Positions 63,100 to 64,000 of a DNA stretch of 64,000 nt are shown here, in pieces. Every line of letters begins with the position of its first letter. Position 1 is the stretch's first letter. Source of the DNA: Ginglymostoma cirratum (lineage: Eukaryota); contig JAHRHZ010000046.1 of NCBI GenBank assembly GCA_024137785.1, forward strand, positions 16,799,431 to 16,863,430, given 5' to 3'. Under the pieces are notes generated by a model. The model saw only the letters and a list, made by a program, of their open reading frames with translations. It did no database searches and was not told the origin of the DNA. The position numbers and the translations under genes were made by a program.

Positions 63100-63660
63100 T
63101 AGCTCAGAAAGAGGCCATTCAACCCATGTTTACGCTGGTTAGCTTCAAAAACACAGTTTAATCCCACTCCCTGTACCTTCCTTACCGTCCAGCAATTTTT
63201 TTTATGCTTCAAGTGCTTATTAGATTCATTTTTACAATCTACTGTTAAATCTTTCTCCAGCACACCTCAGATTATTCCAGATCCTTGTAACACTCTTGCT
63301 TCTTTTGCTGATCCCTTAAATCTGTGCCCTCTGACCCTCAAACTATTCACCAATGGAAATAGTTTTTGTTATCGATAGATCCAGATATGATCTTGAACAC
63401 CACAGCTTTTCTGAACTACTCTCACCTGAAGTATCTCATTTGTCAATGTACACTGATAAACCCTTTCTGTTCTCACGAAAGCCTTCATATTCTTCCTAAA
63501 ATGTGGTGCCCAGAATTGAACACAACTACAGTGGAGACCAAAACAATATTTTGTAAACAAAAATTCACCTTCTGTACTTTATAAAACCTTAGGATTTCCC
63601 CCATGCTATTTAACTTCTAAATCTGACCCGCTACATTCAGCAACTTGCCGGCATGGACAG
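63100..63660 (-). mobile_element. Old CR1-clade LINE 3' fragment
   Basis: ORF 63369-63560 CVQFWAPHFRKNMKAFVRTERVY; AGAGGCCATTCAACCCAT tail motif. Confidence 0.7.
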
Positions 63661-64000
63661 TAAATCTAATTTTGACCTTATTACATTGTCTCTTACTCTG
63701 ATCTTACCTAATATTCTGCTATTTCTTACTCTAATGCTAAAATCCTTTGTGCACCTTGCTTCTCCTTTCTAATTCTATATTTTGGCTCCCACTTTCCCCA
63801 ACAGTAGGGGTAAACCACCTCCCCAGGGCATTGGTCCCATTTCACCTTAAGTATTGCTGAGCGTTGTATCCTGGCAGGTTACATAATCAATTCATAGCTG
63901 ATCTTCCATCTTGTTCTCATTGGGCATCAAACTTCCCAGAAAGATTTGCTAGCTTGCTCTTGAAACTGTAAGCACAGACACCAGTTATTGTACATCTGCA

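Noticed and set aside
1-64000. CRISPR arrays, operons or other prokaryotic systems
   Set aside because: Vertebrate DNA; no regularly spaced repeats or dense coding.

Overview
AT-rich eukaryotic (vertebrate) genomic DNA, most likely a cartilaginous fish (shark), inferred from the repeat content. The only convincing protein-coding gene is LRRC4 (NGL-2, netrin-G2 ligand). Its CDS lies in one exon on the minus strand (31227-33125; the human-equivalent Met is at 33113), with a probable 82-nt 5'UTR intron and a motif-rich 3'UTR. In other vertebrates LRRC4 lies antisense inside a large SND1 intron. I found no SND1 exon, so the whole window is probably intronic (inference). The rest is decayed CR1-clade LINE fragments, tRNA-derived and Deu-domain SINEs, microsatellites, a 1-kb pyrimidine tract and a 400-N gap. 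The most striking structure is a set of at least four Penelope-like (PLE) families carrying minimal type-I hammerhead ribozyme motifs. These include a 2.2-kb palindromic insertion with a target-site duplication (TSD), a 1.2-kb GIY-YIG element with an inverted end, 130-190-bp fold-back minis and ~100-bp TSD-flanked units that begin at the ribozyme core. Repeat boundaries were read by eye and are approximate.
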